A DNA stretch of 64,000 nt from Spirochaetota bacterium (GTDB taxonomy: Bacteria > Spirochaetota > Spirochaetia > DTKZ01). This document shows positions 1 through 9,790 of this stretch, piece after piece. Under the pieces are notes generated by a model, which saw only the letters and a program-made list of their open reading frames with translations, made no database searches and was not told the DNA's origin. The DNA lies in NCBI GenBank assembly GCA_026418195.1, contig JAOABU010000063.1, forward strand, positions 4,113 to 68,112. Direction: 5' to 3'. Positions within the stretch are counted from its first letter, which is position 1. Every line of letters begins with the position of its first letter. The translations under genes were made by a program, and so were the position numbers.

Positions 1-2691
1 CCTCCTTACCAACCGCACAATTTCTTATCCGCCTCTTATCTGGATAGAAAGATCCTTGTTCGGGGAGCTAAGGAACACAATCTGAAGAATATCTCCATTA
101 CGATCCCCCTAGATCGTTTCACCGTAATCACAGGGGTCAGCGGTAGTGGGAAAAGTACCCTTGCCTTTGACATTCTGTTTGCCGAAGGGCAACGGAGGTA
201 CTTAGAAACCCTGAACGCCTATGCTAGACAGTTCATCGAAGTGTTACCTAAACCTGACGTAGAGGAGGTATTAGGTGTTCCACCCACCGTGTCCATTGAA
301 CAACACACGAGTCGCGGTGGTAGGAAGAGCACCGTCGCCACCGTTACCGAGATCTATCACTTCCTTCGACTTTGGTTCACTAAATTGGGTACCTATCACT
401 GCCCCCGATGTAAAGTTCCCATACAAACCCAGACACCAGAAACCATCATGGATCTCGTCCTAAAAACCCTCAACCCAAGGAATGTGGATTCCCTCCAGAT
501 CTATGCACCTCTTATTATCCATCGGAAAGGGATCTATAAAGAACTCGCTTCCTGGGCAAACAAGCAGGGGTATCCCTTTCTTCGAGTGGACGGAGAACTG
601 TACCCTACGGATTTTTGGCCTACCCTTTCTAGGTACAGGGAACATTCCATTGATCTTCCCATACCCATAGATCCCCACCTACCCATCGAGGAAGCTCTAC
701 TCCAATCTATCAAGAAAGCCCTCCAACTGGGGAAAGGGAGCGTACGAGTTTCCTTCAAACAGGAGGAACGTTTCTATTCTATTAAAAGAATGTGCTCTTC
801 CTGTGGAACGAGTCTCCCTGATCCTGATCCCAGGCTTTTTTCTTTCAATAGTAAGCATGGCTGGTGTCCCCGCTGTTATGGAACTGGTCTGGTTATTTCA
901 GGGTTCGATGAATCACAGACGGGAGAAGAAATTTGGTGGAATGAGTGGTATCAAGGTGAAGAAGTTCCCTGCCCCTCCTGTGAAGGAAAACGGCTCAGAC
1001 CAGAAGCTCTTTCCGTAACCTTTAAAGGGTACTCCATTGCTGACATCGCTGCTATGTCAGTTAAGGAAGCGTTTCGATTCTTTTCCACCATTCAATTACA
1101 AGGGAGAGATCTGGAAATTGGTAAAGAGATTCTTCCGGAGCTTCTTTCCCGACTCTCATTCCTAGAAGAAGTAGGGCTATCTTACTTGAGTCTAGATCGA
1201 TCCGCTCCTTCGTTAAGTGGAGGTGAGAGTCGGCGTGTCCGATTGGCCGCTCAACTCGGTTCCAATCTACGTGGGGTTTGTTACATCCTGGATGAACCCA
1301 CGATCGGCCTCCATAGCCGAGACAATGAACGCCTGCTTTCTACCTTGCGAATGCTCCAGAATAAGGGGAATACCCTTGTAGTGGTGGAGCACGACGAGCA
1401 AACGATTCGACAGGCCGATCATGTGATCGATCTGGGTCCCGGGGGTGGAATCCTGGGAGGGCAGATCCTTGCTGAGGGGTCTCCCAAGACCATCGCTCGG
1501 AATCCCCAAAGCAGCACGGGGAAGTATTTGAACCAACCCCTTCTCCACCCCCTCCGAAAGCACCGGCGGCCTGTGAGTATGGACACCCCTCGACTCTGGA
1601 TCCGAGGGGCTACTCTCCACAATCTTAAAGGGTTCGATGTTGCCATTCCCCTGAGGAGGTTCGTGGTAGTAACCGGTGTAAGTGGAAGCGGTAAGAGTAC
1701 CCTGGTACGTGACGTTCTTCGTACATCCCTCGAACGACTTATCCAAAAGGGAATGCAAAAGCGCTCCTACGAGAAAACAGTATCTACATTGAAAACCCAA
1801 TCTTCAAGCCCCTTTTCCGGATGCCGGAGTATTGAAGGTTGGGAATCCTTAGAAAGAGTGCTGGAAGTAGATCAGACTCCCATCGGAAAAACTCCGCGAT
1901 CTTGTCCTGCCACCTACATTGGGTTCTGGGATCCCATTCGGAAATTTTTTGCTGAACTACCTGAATCCCGGGTTCGCGGATATACACCTAGTCGCTTTTC
2001 CTTCAATGTGCCGGGTGGGCGCTGCCCCAACTGCGAAGGACAAGGAATGAAAACAGTTGAGATGAGCTTCTTGCCCGATGCGGAAGTCCCCTGTGAGGCT
2101 TGTGCAGGGAAAAGGTTTGAATCAGAAACTTGTTCTGTCGTCTTCCGGGGGAAATCCATTGCCGATGTTCTTTCCATGAACGTGGAGGAAGCGGTAAACT
2201 TCTTTTCCTTTCATCCCACCGTCCATCATGCATTGAAACTGATGCAGGAGGTTGGCTTAGGATACCTCACCCTAGGTCAACCGAGCCCCACCTTAAGTGG
2301 CGGCGAGTCCCAACGGCTGAAATTGGTAACAGAACTGGCGAAGATCGGCCATGCGGGGAAAAGAGCACCTCCCCACACTCTCTACATTCTCGATGAACCG
2401 ACTATCGGTCTCCATACAGCGGATATTGAGAAACTCTTAACTGTGTTGCATCGGTTGGTAGACGCTGGACACTCACTCGTGATCATCGAACACAACCTTG
2501 ACCTAATTGCAGAGGCTGATTGGATCATCGACTTGGGTCCTGAAGGAGGAGAGGAAGGGGGCTACCTTGTAGCAGAAGGGAAACCTGAGGATCTAGTGAC
2601 GGGTATGGGTATACACACCCATCCACTCGGGCATGATTCTTACACACGACACTACCTCACTTCGAAACTCCAATCACCCCTTGTCCCTTAA
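1..2691 (+). CDS. uvrA: Excinuclease ABC subunit A (UvrA), 5'-truncated by the window edge; probably the second half of a tandem double-length UvrA
   Basis: Frame is open from base 1 (PPYQPH...[13 protein letters not shown]...GVSGSGKS). Two Walker A motifs (GVSGSGKS), two LSGGE signatures, two LDEPT Walker B motifs and several CxxC zinc-finger pairs. The ORF-track start at 241 is internal. Confidence 0.93.
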   Translation, partial: PPYQPHNFLSASYLDRKILVRGAKEHNLKNISITIPLDRFTVITGVSGSGKSTLAFDILFAEGQRRYLETLNAYARQFIEVLPKPDVEEVLGVPPTVSIEQHTSRGGRKSTVATVTEIYHFLRLWFTKLGTYHCPRCKVPIQTQTPETIMDLVLKTLNPRNVDSLQIYAPLIIHRKGIYKELASWANKQGYPFLRVDGELYPTDFWPTLSRYREHSIDLPIPIDPHLPIEEALLQSIKKALQLGKGSVRVSFKQEERFYSIKRMCSSCGTSLPDPDPRLFSFNSKHGWCPRCYGTGLVISGFDESQTGEEIWWNEWYQGEEVPCPSCEGKRLRPEALSVTFKGYSIADIAAMSVKEAFRFFSTIQLQGRDLEIGKEILPELLSRLSFLEEVGLSYLSLDRSAPSLSGGESRRVRLAAQLGSNLRGVCYILDEPTIGLHSRDNERLLSTLRMLQNKGNTLVVVEHDEQTIRQADHVIDLGPGGGILGGQILAEGSPKTIARNPQSSTGKYLNQPLLHPLRKHRRPVSMDTPRLWIRGATLHNLKGFDVAIPLRRFVVVTGVSGSGKSTLVRDVLRTSLERLIQKGMQKRSYEKTVSTLKTQSSSPFSGCRSIEGWESLERVLEVDQTPIGKTPRSCPATYIGFWDPIRKFFAELPESRVRGYTPSRFSFNVPGGRCPNCEGQGMKTVEMSFLPDAEVPCEACAGKRFESETCSVVFRGKSIADVLSMNVEEAVNFFSFHPTVHHALKLMQEVGLGYLTLGQPSPTLSGGESQRLKLVTELAKIGHAGKRAPPHTLYILDEPTIGLHTADIEKLLTVLHRLVDAGHSLVIIEHNLDLIAEADWIIDLGPEGGEEGGYLVAEGKPEDLVTGMGIHTHPLGHDSYTRHYLTSKLQSPLVP

Positions 2692-3420
2692 TGATAGGTA
2701 TTCCTGCGGATAGTTGGTAATAAGAATATCTACATACGAACCGAGGTAGTTTTTTGCCCTCTCTACATCGAATCGTTCCCGGGAAAACCAACCATGTACC
2801 GTAAGACCTGCTTCATGGGCCGCCTCGATAATTTCAGTCTGAGCAAGGTGCATGGGAGGATGTAGTGCCTGTACCCCCAACGAACTTGCATAGGTATGAG
2901 GAGCGAAGAGATGACAACTGTACAGAATACCGGTGCGAACCTTTGGAGCGATGCGTCGAAATCGAAGTACGGTATAGTGATTAAAAGATGAAAGGATCAC
3001 CCGGTCTTCCATCCCATACTTCTGGATTAATGCATAGGTTTCCTCTTCGATACCGGGATAGAAAAAATAATCGGTTTTCAGTTCGATATTTAACAAAAGC
3101 GTTGTGGGCTGTAAGATGTTCAGGACTTCTTCCAGCATAGGAATCCGTTCCCCTTTAAAGGCAGTGCCAAACCACGATCCCGCATCCAATTTAGAAAGAT
3201 CCTTCCTGGTCATCTCCTGAATGACCCCCTTCCCATCGGTAGTACGATCTACCGTTTCATCATGGCAAACCAAAAGATGTCCATCTTTGGATCGGTGCAC
3301 ATCTAGCTCGATTCCGTCGGCCCCAACTTCGATCGCTTTACGAAACGCAGATAGAGTATTCTCTGGGCACTGGGAACTTACTCCTCTATGAGCAAAAATC
3401 AATGGTTTCTTCGTATGCAT
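2674..3420 (-). CDS. Glycerophosphodiester phosphodiesterase (GDPD family)
   Basis: IFAHRG...PENT, GIELDVH, VCHD and NIELK motifs. ATG at 3420 with an AAGGA RBS. Confidence 0.92.
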   Translation of the reverse strand: MHTKKPLIFAHRGVSSQCPENTLSAFRKAIEVGADGIELDVHRSKDGHLLVCHDETVDRTTDGKGVIQEMTRKDLSKLDAGSWFGTAFKGERIPMLEEVLNILQPTTLLLNIELKTDYFFYPGIEEETYALIQKYGMEDRVILSSFNHYTVLRFRRIAPKVRTGILYSCHLFAPHTYASSLGVQALHPPMHLAQTEIIEAAHEAGLTVHGWFSRERFDVERAKNYLGSYVDILITNYPQEYLSLRDKG

Positions 3421-3533
3421 ATCCTTCTCCAAAGAGAGTCTATCAGAAAATTTATCCTTGGGATATGGCTAAAGATCCTAATCTGTGTTATATTAAAAGC
3501 AAACATCACTTCTCGAATCAAGGAGAGGTTCTT

Positions 3534-3914
3534 ATGACAGTTACGCAAGATGAACGGGATCGAGGAATACTGGTTCTAACCTCCATGAGGTTGGACGAGT
3601 TTATGAAAGTTATCGATGCCAAGATCAGTGAATTAAACGACAAATCCAAAGTGTACCTAGAAGAATGTATTGCCGATTACCATCAGTACAAGGGAGCTAC
3701 TCCCCATGAAATCGAGACTGCCATCGAACTCCACAAGCAGTATGTGGCGAATTTGAAGAACATGTTGCAGGACTTAAAGGATACCTGTAAAAAGAATCTC
3801 CACAAAGACTACCTGGTACCTTCCTTAATTGTAGAAACCTTCATCGAACTGGCTAGAAAAGCCACTGCAATAAAATACGTGAAAATGCAACCAACCGTTG
3901 TTCGGGTAGCCTAA
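3534..3914 (+). CDS. Hypothetical helical protein (about 126 aa)
   Basis: AGGAGAGG RBS before ATG 3534 and an intrinsic terminator after the stop. No recognisable motif. Confidence 0.75.
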   Translation: MTVTQDERDRGILVLTSMRLDEFMKVIDAKISELNDKSKVYLEECIADYHQYKGATPHEIETAIELHKQYVANLKNMLQDLKDTCKKNLHKDYLVPSLIVETFIELARKATAIKYVKMQPTVVRVA

Positions 3915-3931
3915 CACTGGCTTTAGGGTAC

Positions 3932-3962
3932 AAACTCTCCCGCAAAGGGAGAGTTTTTTTTT
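3932..3962 (+). terminator. Rho-independent terminator
   Basis: AAACTCTCCC-gcaaa-GGGAGAGTTT stem-loop running into a T tract. Confidence 0.9.
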
Positions 3963-3999
3963 GAATCAGCTGAAAGATTCGCTCTGTTAAAATGGGTAG

Positions 4000-4683
4000 A
4001 TGAAGCTCTACTTGAAAGAAAAGATCTTAAATCTCCCTACAAAGGAACGTCCGAGAGAAAAACTCTACTTCCAGGGAGTAGCTGCTCTGTCAGACGCGGA
4101 ACTTCTGGCCATCCTAATTGGTTCTGGGAATCGAACAGTGAGAGTTGAAAAGATCTCCTCCCTACTGCTAGATCTTTTAGACCGTTCCAATGGAAACATT
4201 ACAGTCGATGCGTTGATGAAGATTCCTGGTGTTGGGAAGGCAAAAGGGACTCTTATCCTGGCTGCACTGGAGTTTTCCAGGCGATTCCTGTGTCCTGAGC
4301 GTAAACGAATAGGGTTCCCTAGGGATGTGCTTCCCCTAGTGTCCCATTATGCCAATCGCAAACAGGAATACTTTCTTTCCATCTCCCTTAACGGTGCTCA
4401 TGAGGTACTGGCCATTCGAGTAGTCTCTATCGGATTGGTCAATCGGTCGTTGGTACACCCAAGGGAAGTGTTTGCCGACCCCCTACAGGATCGAGCAGCT
4501 GCGTTGGTCATTGCTCACAATCACCCTTCGGGGAACCTCGACCCCAGCCTAGAAGACAAGCAGGTAACCATGAGGCTTAGAACCGCAGCAGAACTTCTAG
4601 GAATCGTCTTTCTAGATCATATCATCTTCAGTGAAGAGGGGTACTACAGTTTTCTAGAGCACGGTGAATTAACCAGTCAATGA
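4000..4683 (+). CDS. radC: RadC/JAB-domain protein
   Basis: ERPREKL, LSDAELLAILIGSG, HPREVF, HNHPSG and LDHII motifs. Confidence 0.95.
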   Translation: MKLYLKEKILNLPTKERPREKLYFQGVAALSDAELLAILIGSGNRTVRVEKISSLLLDLLDRSNGNITVDALMKIPGVGKAKGTLILAALEFSRRFLCPERKRIGFPRDVLPLVSHYANRKQEYFLSISLNGAHEVLAIRVVSIGLVNRSLVHPREVFADPLQDRAAALVIAHNHPSGNLDPSLEDKQVTMRLRTAAELLGIVFLDHIIFSEEGYYSFLEHGELTSQ

Positions 4684-5219
4684 ACAATGATCTTTTTAAA
4701 GACTTCCAGGATCATTTCGGTAACTTTCTGTGCATCTGCTCGCGGAACCCGAGCTTCCTTCCAGATGGATTTCATGAAATAATCCCGCATTCCCTCGATA
4801 ATATCGTCGGTCATATAGAAAATATAGGAATAATTCTGACCAAAGGATTTTAATACGGTGAAGGATGTGTAGGTCATCACAGGTTCTTTACCAATCATGA
4901 TTCGGTCCTGTCTGGCACTGGTGTAAATGTTCAGTTCCCTAAGTCGATACGGAATACGCTGAAAATTGTTCCTATAAGCGGGTTCAATATGTTTGTTCGG
5001 ATAGTTTGCAGGTTCTACCAGCACGAACACTTTCTGTCCATCCGCTTGAAACACGAGACCTTCCTCGTTGGTATAGATATCCTTCACATTACTGAAAGAT
5101 ATGATCTCGTACTTCGTGTACGTGGAAGTGTCATCGAAAAACGCACTCACTATATACCCACCTGCAGTAGGTAGTTCTTTCTTGTTGTAGGCCTCAAAAA
5201 GTTCTTTCACTATCGCCAT
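4677..5219 (-). CDS. Conserved hypothetical protein (about 180 aa)
   Basis: GAGGTGG RBS before ATG 5219 and a consensus promoter upstream. Function not recognised. Confidence 0.75.
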   Translation of the reverse strand: MAIVKELFEAYNKKELPTAGGYIVSAFFDDTSTYTKYEIISFSNVKDIYTNEEGLVFQADGQKVFVLVEPANYPNKHIEPAYRNNFQRIPYRLRELNIYTSARQDRIMIGKEPVMTYTSFTVLKSFGQNYSYIFYMTDDIIEGMRDYFMKSIWKEARVPRADAQKVTEMILEVFKKIIVH

Positions 5220-5247
5220 ACACAACCACCTCTTACCGTTTTCTCCT

Positions 5248-5276
5248 ATTGTATGAGTTTCTCTCTATTCTGTCAA
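5248..5276 (-). promoter_or_regulatory. Sigma70-type promoter
   Basis: TTGACA-N17-TACAAT on the minus strand. Confidence 0.75.
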
Positions 5277-5307
5277 ATCTTTCTGCTAGTTTCTGGGGAG
5301 TAATCCC

Positions 5308-5336
5308 TTGTAAAGCTCTACAACCCTATCTATAAT
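5308..5336 (+). promoter_or_regulatory. Sigma70-type promoter, probably giving a leaderless mRNA
   Basis: TTGTAA-N17-TATAAT, 8 nt before ATG 5345, no SD sequence. Confidence 0.7.
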
Positions 5337-5344
5337 CCAAACCA

Positions 5345-6151
5345 ATGACTTTACCCGAAGCGCTTTCCTTCATGCACATCAACCTTCCTACCACGTTGAC
5401 AGACCTAGAAACTACCTATAGAAGCCTTATTAAACAATACCATCCAGATCGAAACCAAGACCGTCTGCAATGGTCACACGAAATGACCCTTAGACTCAAT
5501 GAGGCATACACATTGATCCGAGATGTTCTCACTAAGAATACCGTAGAAGCAGAGGAGACGGAAGAGGAACCCAATACTCCATCACCAATCTACACAGAGC
5601 TCCAGAAAGCTTGGCAGAAGATCGAGAACGGAATCCATCTGTTTTATACCTACGGGTTAGAGAATCCCCATATTCGACAGGAGGGGCCTTTCCACATCAA
5701 GTTTATCCTTGCTCAGAAACAGATCAAGCAGGGGAAAAAAATCCTGGAACTATATGAACAAAAACCACTCCTTCCTGAGGATCGAGAAGAACTTAGCCTG
5801 CAGAAAAGCTTCTGCGAAGCGTTCCTTCAAAACATGCGGATACAGAAAACCTTTGTGGCAGATGGATCCATCCACCACAAAGCGTACAAGCACTACTACA
5901 ATGGGAGTCGTCTTCTCGATGGATTCTTAAAAAAAATCCTATTTCCAGAGGATTACTCGAACCTGATTCTGCCCCCCAAATGCTCCACCCTTTGCCAACA
6001 GGAACTTCTCACGGTCCTTCTTCATTACCATCAAAGCACATGGGTAGGTGAAGCCACGATCAAACTGGCCTTATTGGAAAGCTTTTTGAACCTAATGAAC
6101 TTCCGAAAGGAACGGGATTCTTCCCACCGCTCCTTTTTCTATCGGTTCTAG
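5345..6151 (+). CDS. J-domain (DnaJ-like) protein with a helical C-terminal region
   Basis: YRSLIKQYHPDRN...LNEAY N-terminal J-domain with the HPD motif. No G/F-rich or zinc region. Confidence 0.85.
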   Translation: MTLPEALSFMHINLPTTLTDLETTYRSLIKQYHPDRNQDRLQWSHEMTLRLNEAYTLIRDVLTKNTVEAEETEEEPNTPSPIYTELQKAWQKIENGIHLFYTYGLENPHIRQEGPFHIKFILAQKQIKQGKKILELYEQKPLLPEDREELSLQKSFCEAFLQNMRIQKTFVADGSIHHKAYKHYYNGSRLLDGFLKKILFPEDYSNLILPPKCSTLCQQELLTVLLHYHQSTWVGEATIKLALLESFLNLMNFRKERDSSHRSFFYRF

Positions 6152-6230
6152 AGTGAACAAGTAAAACGCCTTCCTCCTGCGTCAGCCAGGATGCTTTCGG
6201 GGAAGGCGTTCACTGCTTGCTTCAGGCTAC

Positions 6231-8843
6231 CTAAGTACCCTTTTGGGAAAGATTGTACTGAGCAATAGCGAGCTTTGCGATGGGGATCCCATAGGGTGAA
6301 CAGGAAACGTAATTCATTCCTACCTGCTGTGCAAAAGGGATGTTCTCCGGCTCCGCTCCATGTTCTCCACATAGACCCAGCACAATGTCTGGTCGCACCA
6401 ATCGAGCCCGCTCCGACGCAATCTTGATCATTTCTTTCACCTGATCGCCCAATACCTTGAATGGGTTCTGGGGAAGTAGGTCCATTTCGTTGTAATCGGA
6501 AAAGAAGTTGTTGAAATCATCCCGGGAAAGTCCATTGGTAGTTTGGGTTAAGTCGTTGGTTCCGAAGCTGAAGAACTCGGCATATCGGGCAATTTCGCCA
6601 GCCTGGAGGGCAGCGGCAGGTAGTTCGATCATGGAACCAACCCGATAGTGGATGGGTTCTTCGAATCCAAACTGTTTTCGTACTTCCTCTTCGATATCTC
6701 GGATCCCTACGATAGTTTTTCCTTCGATCTTTTTTCCATTCCGGATAATCTTTACCTCGGAAGCGGTCATGACCACAGGAATCATGATTTCCGGAATGAC
6801 ATTCACCCCTTCCTTCTTCAAGCGATACGCCGCTTCGAAGATGGCCCGTACCTGCATATTGTAAATCTCTGGGTACGAAATAGCGATACGAACCCCTCGA
6901 TGCCCTAACATGGGGTTTACTTCCCGAAGCAAGTCACACCGCGCTTTCACTTCTTCGGGTGTCATCTTTCGCTTCCGTTTTTGGAGGTATTTCACAAAGT
7001 CTGCCATTCCTTCCTTCGTGTGAGGAAGGAACTCATGTAAGGGTGCATCGAGAAGTCGAATCGTTACCGGGAACCCTTCCATGATTTTAAAAAGCTGATA
7101 GAAGTCTTCGGATTGGTCTTTCTTCAATTCTTCTAGCACTGCTAATCGCTCTTCCTGGGTCTCCGCAAAAATCATGTAACGGAACCGATTGATCCGATCC
7201 TCGTTGAAAAACATATGTTCAGTTCGGCACAAACCGATTCCCGGCGCTTTGAACAACCGGGCTAACTGGGCGTCTTTCGGTTGATCCGCATTGGCATGTA
7301 CGTCGAAGCCATAGATGTACTTCTGCACGATTTCCAGAAGTTCCAATAAACCGGAATCTTCCGGCGTTGGTTTCATAAGGGTCCCTTTCCCTAAGTAAAT
7401 AGCAGGAGGATCGTAATAAGGGACGTTCAACGTGATCACATCACCCTCTTTCACCAAGTTTCCTGCTATTTTCATTCCCTCTTTCGTGAACTCTATCTCA
7501 GGGTATACCAGAGCTACTTTTCCAAGGCTTCGAGCCACTACTGGCGCATGGGACGCATATCCCCCCTCTGAAGTTAGAACTCCTTTGGCTACTTCAATGG
7601 CTTTCACGTCTTCGGCAAAGGTAGCAGGCATCGCCAGTATGAAATCTGTAGATTGGTTTGTCTGAACTGCCTGTCGATAGGCTTTTAGAAGGGCATCGGT
7701 AGAGAAGTATACTTTTCCTATAGCTGCTCCTACAGCACCCGCAATTCCTCCGGTAACTTTCGGATACTTCTTGACCGACGTAGGATCCAAGGTAGGATGA
7801 AGTATCTCCGAAAGTCTTCCAGGTTTAATCGCTTTGATGACAAACTCTTCATCTACGATCCCTTCGTTCAATAGATCGAGGAGACTCTTGATTTCCGCCT
7901 GTGTAGATTTGTTCGCTGCAGGTTGTTGATCAATAATCCAAAGTTCCCCATTTTCTACCGTAAATCGCACCCGTCGGATCTCCTTGAACTTCCGTTCCAG
8001 TTGTTTGCCAATTTCCTGTAAACGGTTCAAAATCCTAGGTTCTATCTTGGCTATGGGAGTCCCTTCCTTTTCCCGTTCATCAAAGGCTTGGGTGAAGAAC
8101 TCCCCCATCAAAGCATTTTCTCCGCTGATGATATTGTGGGTAAAGAAGCTGCCAAAACAACTCTTCTCGTTGAAATTTCCAAACACCATCGTCTGGATTA
8201 GAAGGGCTGAATCTTCACTGGTAGTGTTTTCCTCTATGACCTTTCGGAAGAGGTTGATAACGAACATGAGCTGCTGATACGCATCTGTATAGATTTCTTC
8301 TGGATAGAGGGACCGGAAGTTTTTAAAAGCCCGTTGAAGAGCAGCTTTCGTTTCTCCGTCCAACGCCTTACGATACGCTTTCAGTTTGGAAATCCGGTCC
8401 TTGTCAGTCTGAGTGAGAAGTTCCAAGTCTATGATGTGTTGAATCACGTTACAATACTCGTGGTATGCAAACTTTTCACCCACAAAAGCTCCGAACCCCT
8501 CGATGGTTGAATCGCACAATCCAATGTTGTGTATGGATTGTGTATTCACGATGTTAAGCATGGGGCTCTCTACTACCTTTACCAGCAGGGGATTCGAGGG
8601 ATCGTTAAACCCTTTCCCAAAGGCTTTCTCTGTCTTGTCCAAAGGTTCCTTCAGGACCTCCCATACCTTATATGTCGTTCTAGGTAAGGATCGTACTGTA
8701 GCATTGGGAAGGATAAAACCGGGAGAGGTAGGGATATTGAGGGTAGCCAATTCAACGATCCGCCTTCCTCGATTTCCAATAGCTTCGATAGCCTCCGGGC
8801 TGTCATCGTATTGGCCGTTACAGAAAAAGTAATAATCTGCCAT
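6231..8843 (-). CDS. ppdK: Pyruvate phosphate dikinase-like protein with a degenerate ATP-grasp domain (possible PEP-dependent protein phosphotransferase)
   Basis: Intact phospho-His loop GGYASHAPVVAR (H432) and PEP/pyruvate domain (GIGLCRTEHMF, IRLLD, NPMLGHRG, MIELP, FSFGTNDLTQ, GLCGEHG). N-terminal nucleotide-binding motifs are substituted. Confidence 0.88.
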   Translation of the reverse strand: MADYYFFCNGQYDDSPEAIEAIGNRGRRIVELATLNIPTSPGFILPNATVRSLPRTTYKVWEVLKEPLDKTEKAFGKGFNDPSNPLLVKVVESPMLNIVNTQSIHNIGLCDSTIEGFGAFVGEKFAYHEYCNVIQHIIDLELLTQTDKDRISKLKAYRKALDGETKAALQRAFKNFRSLYPEEIYTDAYQQLMFVINLFRKVIEENTTSEDSALLIQTMVFGNFNEKSCFGSFFTHNIISGENALMGEFFTQAFDEREKEGTPIAKIEPRILNRLQEIGKQLERKFKEIRRVRFTVENGELWIIDQQPAANKSTQAEIKSLLDLLNEGIVDEEFVIKAIKPGRLSEILHPTLDPTSVKKYPKVTGGIAGAVGAAIGKVYFSTDALLKAYRQAVQTNQSTDFILAMPATFAEDVKAIEVAKGVLTSEGGYASHAPVVARSLGKVALVYPEIEFTKEGMKIAGNLVKEGDVITLNVPYYDPPAIYLGKGTLMKPTPEDSGLLELLEIVQKYIYGFDVHANADQPKDAQLARLFKAPGIGLCRTEHMFFNEDRINRFRYMIFAETQEERLAVLEELKKDQSEDFYQLFKIMEGFPVTIRLLDAPLHEFLPHTKEGMADFVKYLQKRKRKMTPEEVKARCDLLREVNPMLGHRGVRIAISYPEIYNMQVRAIFEAAYRLKKEGVNVIPEIMIPVVMTASEVKIIRNGKKIEGKTIVGIRDIEEEVRKQFGFEEPIHYRVGSMIELPAAALQAGEIARYAEFFSFGTNDLTQTTNGLSRDDFNNFFSDYNEMDLLPQNPFKVLGDQVKEMIKIASERARLVRPDIVLGLCGEHGAEPENIPFAQQVGMNYVSCSPYGIPIAKLAIAQYNLSQKGT

Positions 8844-8851
8844 AATTAACC

Positions 8852-9787
8852 TCAGAACAGATCTAGAACGCGATTCACCGCGCCCCGAAGGAATACTTCA
8901 AACCTTGGGCTTGCGCCTTCATACAGGTACTTCTGAAGCTTAGCAACATCCTTTATGTTATCCCCTACCACACTGATCATGATGGGAGTGCCATGCTTCA
9001 CTTTCCCCCACTTGAAGAGCGCATTGATGTCATTGATCCGCTCGTTCTCGTACCAGATCAACACATCCAAATCAGGATACTTCGCTTTATAGCTCTCGAT
9101 GATTCGTTTCCACGCCTCGACATTTCCATTGTGGAATAGTTCGTTGGTAACTAGGACTCCATACTTAGGGGTCATGCGTTTTTTTACAGAGGGCCCTTTG
9201 GAAGCTTCCACAGTAGGAGAAGTCTTCGGAACCCGCTCCTCGATAGGGGCTACTTCCTTCCTTTTCGGGGAGGTATACTCAGGTCGTGTCGAAATTTTAC
9301 CTCCATCTAATAGGGTAATTGTATCCTTTACCGCAGTATCCAATATATTACCATCCACCGAATCGGATCCTACTGGGCCCGCATACACCACCACCAATTC
9401 ATCCTTTATGAGAGGAAGAGCTTGTTCCCAATGCTCGGCTTTCTTAGGGTTGATGAGGAACGTTCCCGCTTGGGGAGAAGCATACATCAAGACGAGTTGG
9501 ATTCGGTCCCATGGACGAAACACAGAAAGGAGGTCCTTTACATCGTCCCAACCTCTCTGAATATTGTGGGATCTGAACACATAGGAAAATTTATCTACCA
9601 AAAGGGCACTTAGGATCGTTTTTACCTGTTCCCTTCGTACCTCTCCGCTCTCCAATGATTCGTTCAATAGATCCGCCAAGTTTGCCCCTTCTTGGATCTC
9701 CCCCACATACCGATTTACCAGTTTAAAATGGCGCAAAGCCGTGTTAAAACCGGCTTTGCGCGCAAGAAAATTCAGTTCGTTTTCCAT
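8852..9787 (-). CDS. Conserved spirochaete protein with a C-terminal HPr-like domain
   Basis: C-terminal about 95 aa (VLVTNELFH...DLDVLIWYENERIN...GKVKHGTPIMISVVGDN) follows the HPr sequence pattern. Tightly packed between cfpA and the ppdK-like gene. Confidence 0.75.
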   Translation of the reverse strand: MENELNFLARKAGFNTALRHFKLVNRYVGEIQEGANLADLLNESLESGEVRREQVKTILSALLVDKFSYVFRSHNIQRGWDDVKDLLSVFRPWDRIQLVLMYASPQAGTFLINPKKAEHWEQALPLIKDELVVVYAGPVGSDSVDGNILDTAVKDTITLLDGGKISTRPEYTSPKRKEVAPIEERVPKTSPTVEASKGPSVKKRMTPKYGVLVTNELFHNGNVEAWKRIIESYKAKYPDLDVLIWYENERINDINALFKWGKVKHGTPIMISVVGDNIKDVAKLQKYLYEGASPRFEVFLRGAVNRVLDLF

Positions 9788-9790
9788 AGG

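Noticed and set aside
4000-4683. radC as a marker of a mobile element or anti-restriction island
   Set aside because: It is the full-length chromosomal form with the N-terminal helix-hairpin-helix region. No integrase or transfer genes are nearby.
6152-6214. Extended inverted repeat (AACGCCTTCC...GGAAGGCGTT) as a structured ncRNA
   Set aside because: It lies between two convergent stop codons, so a terminator or stabiliser is the simpler explanation. No RNA family motif was recognised.
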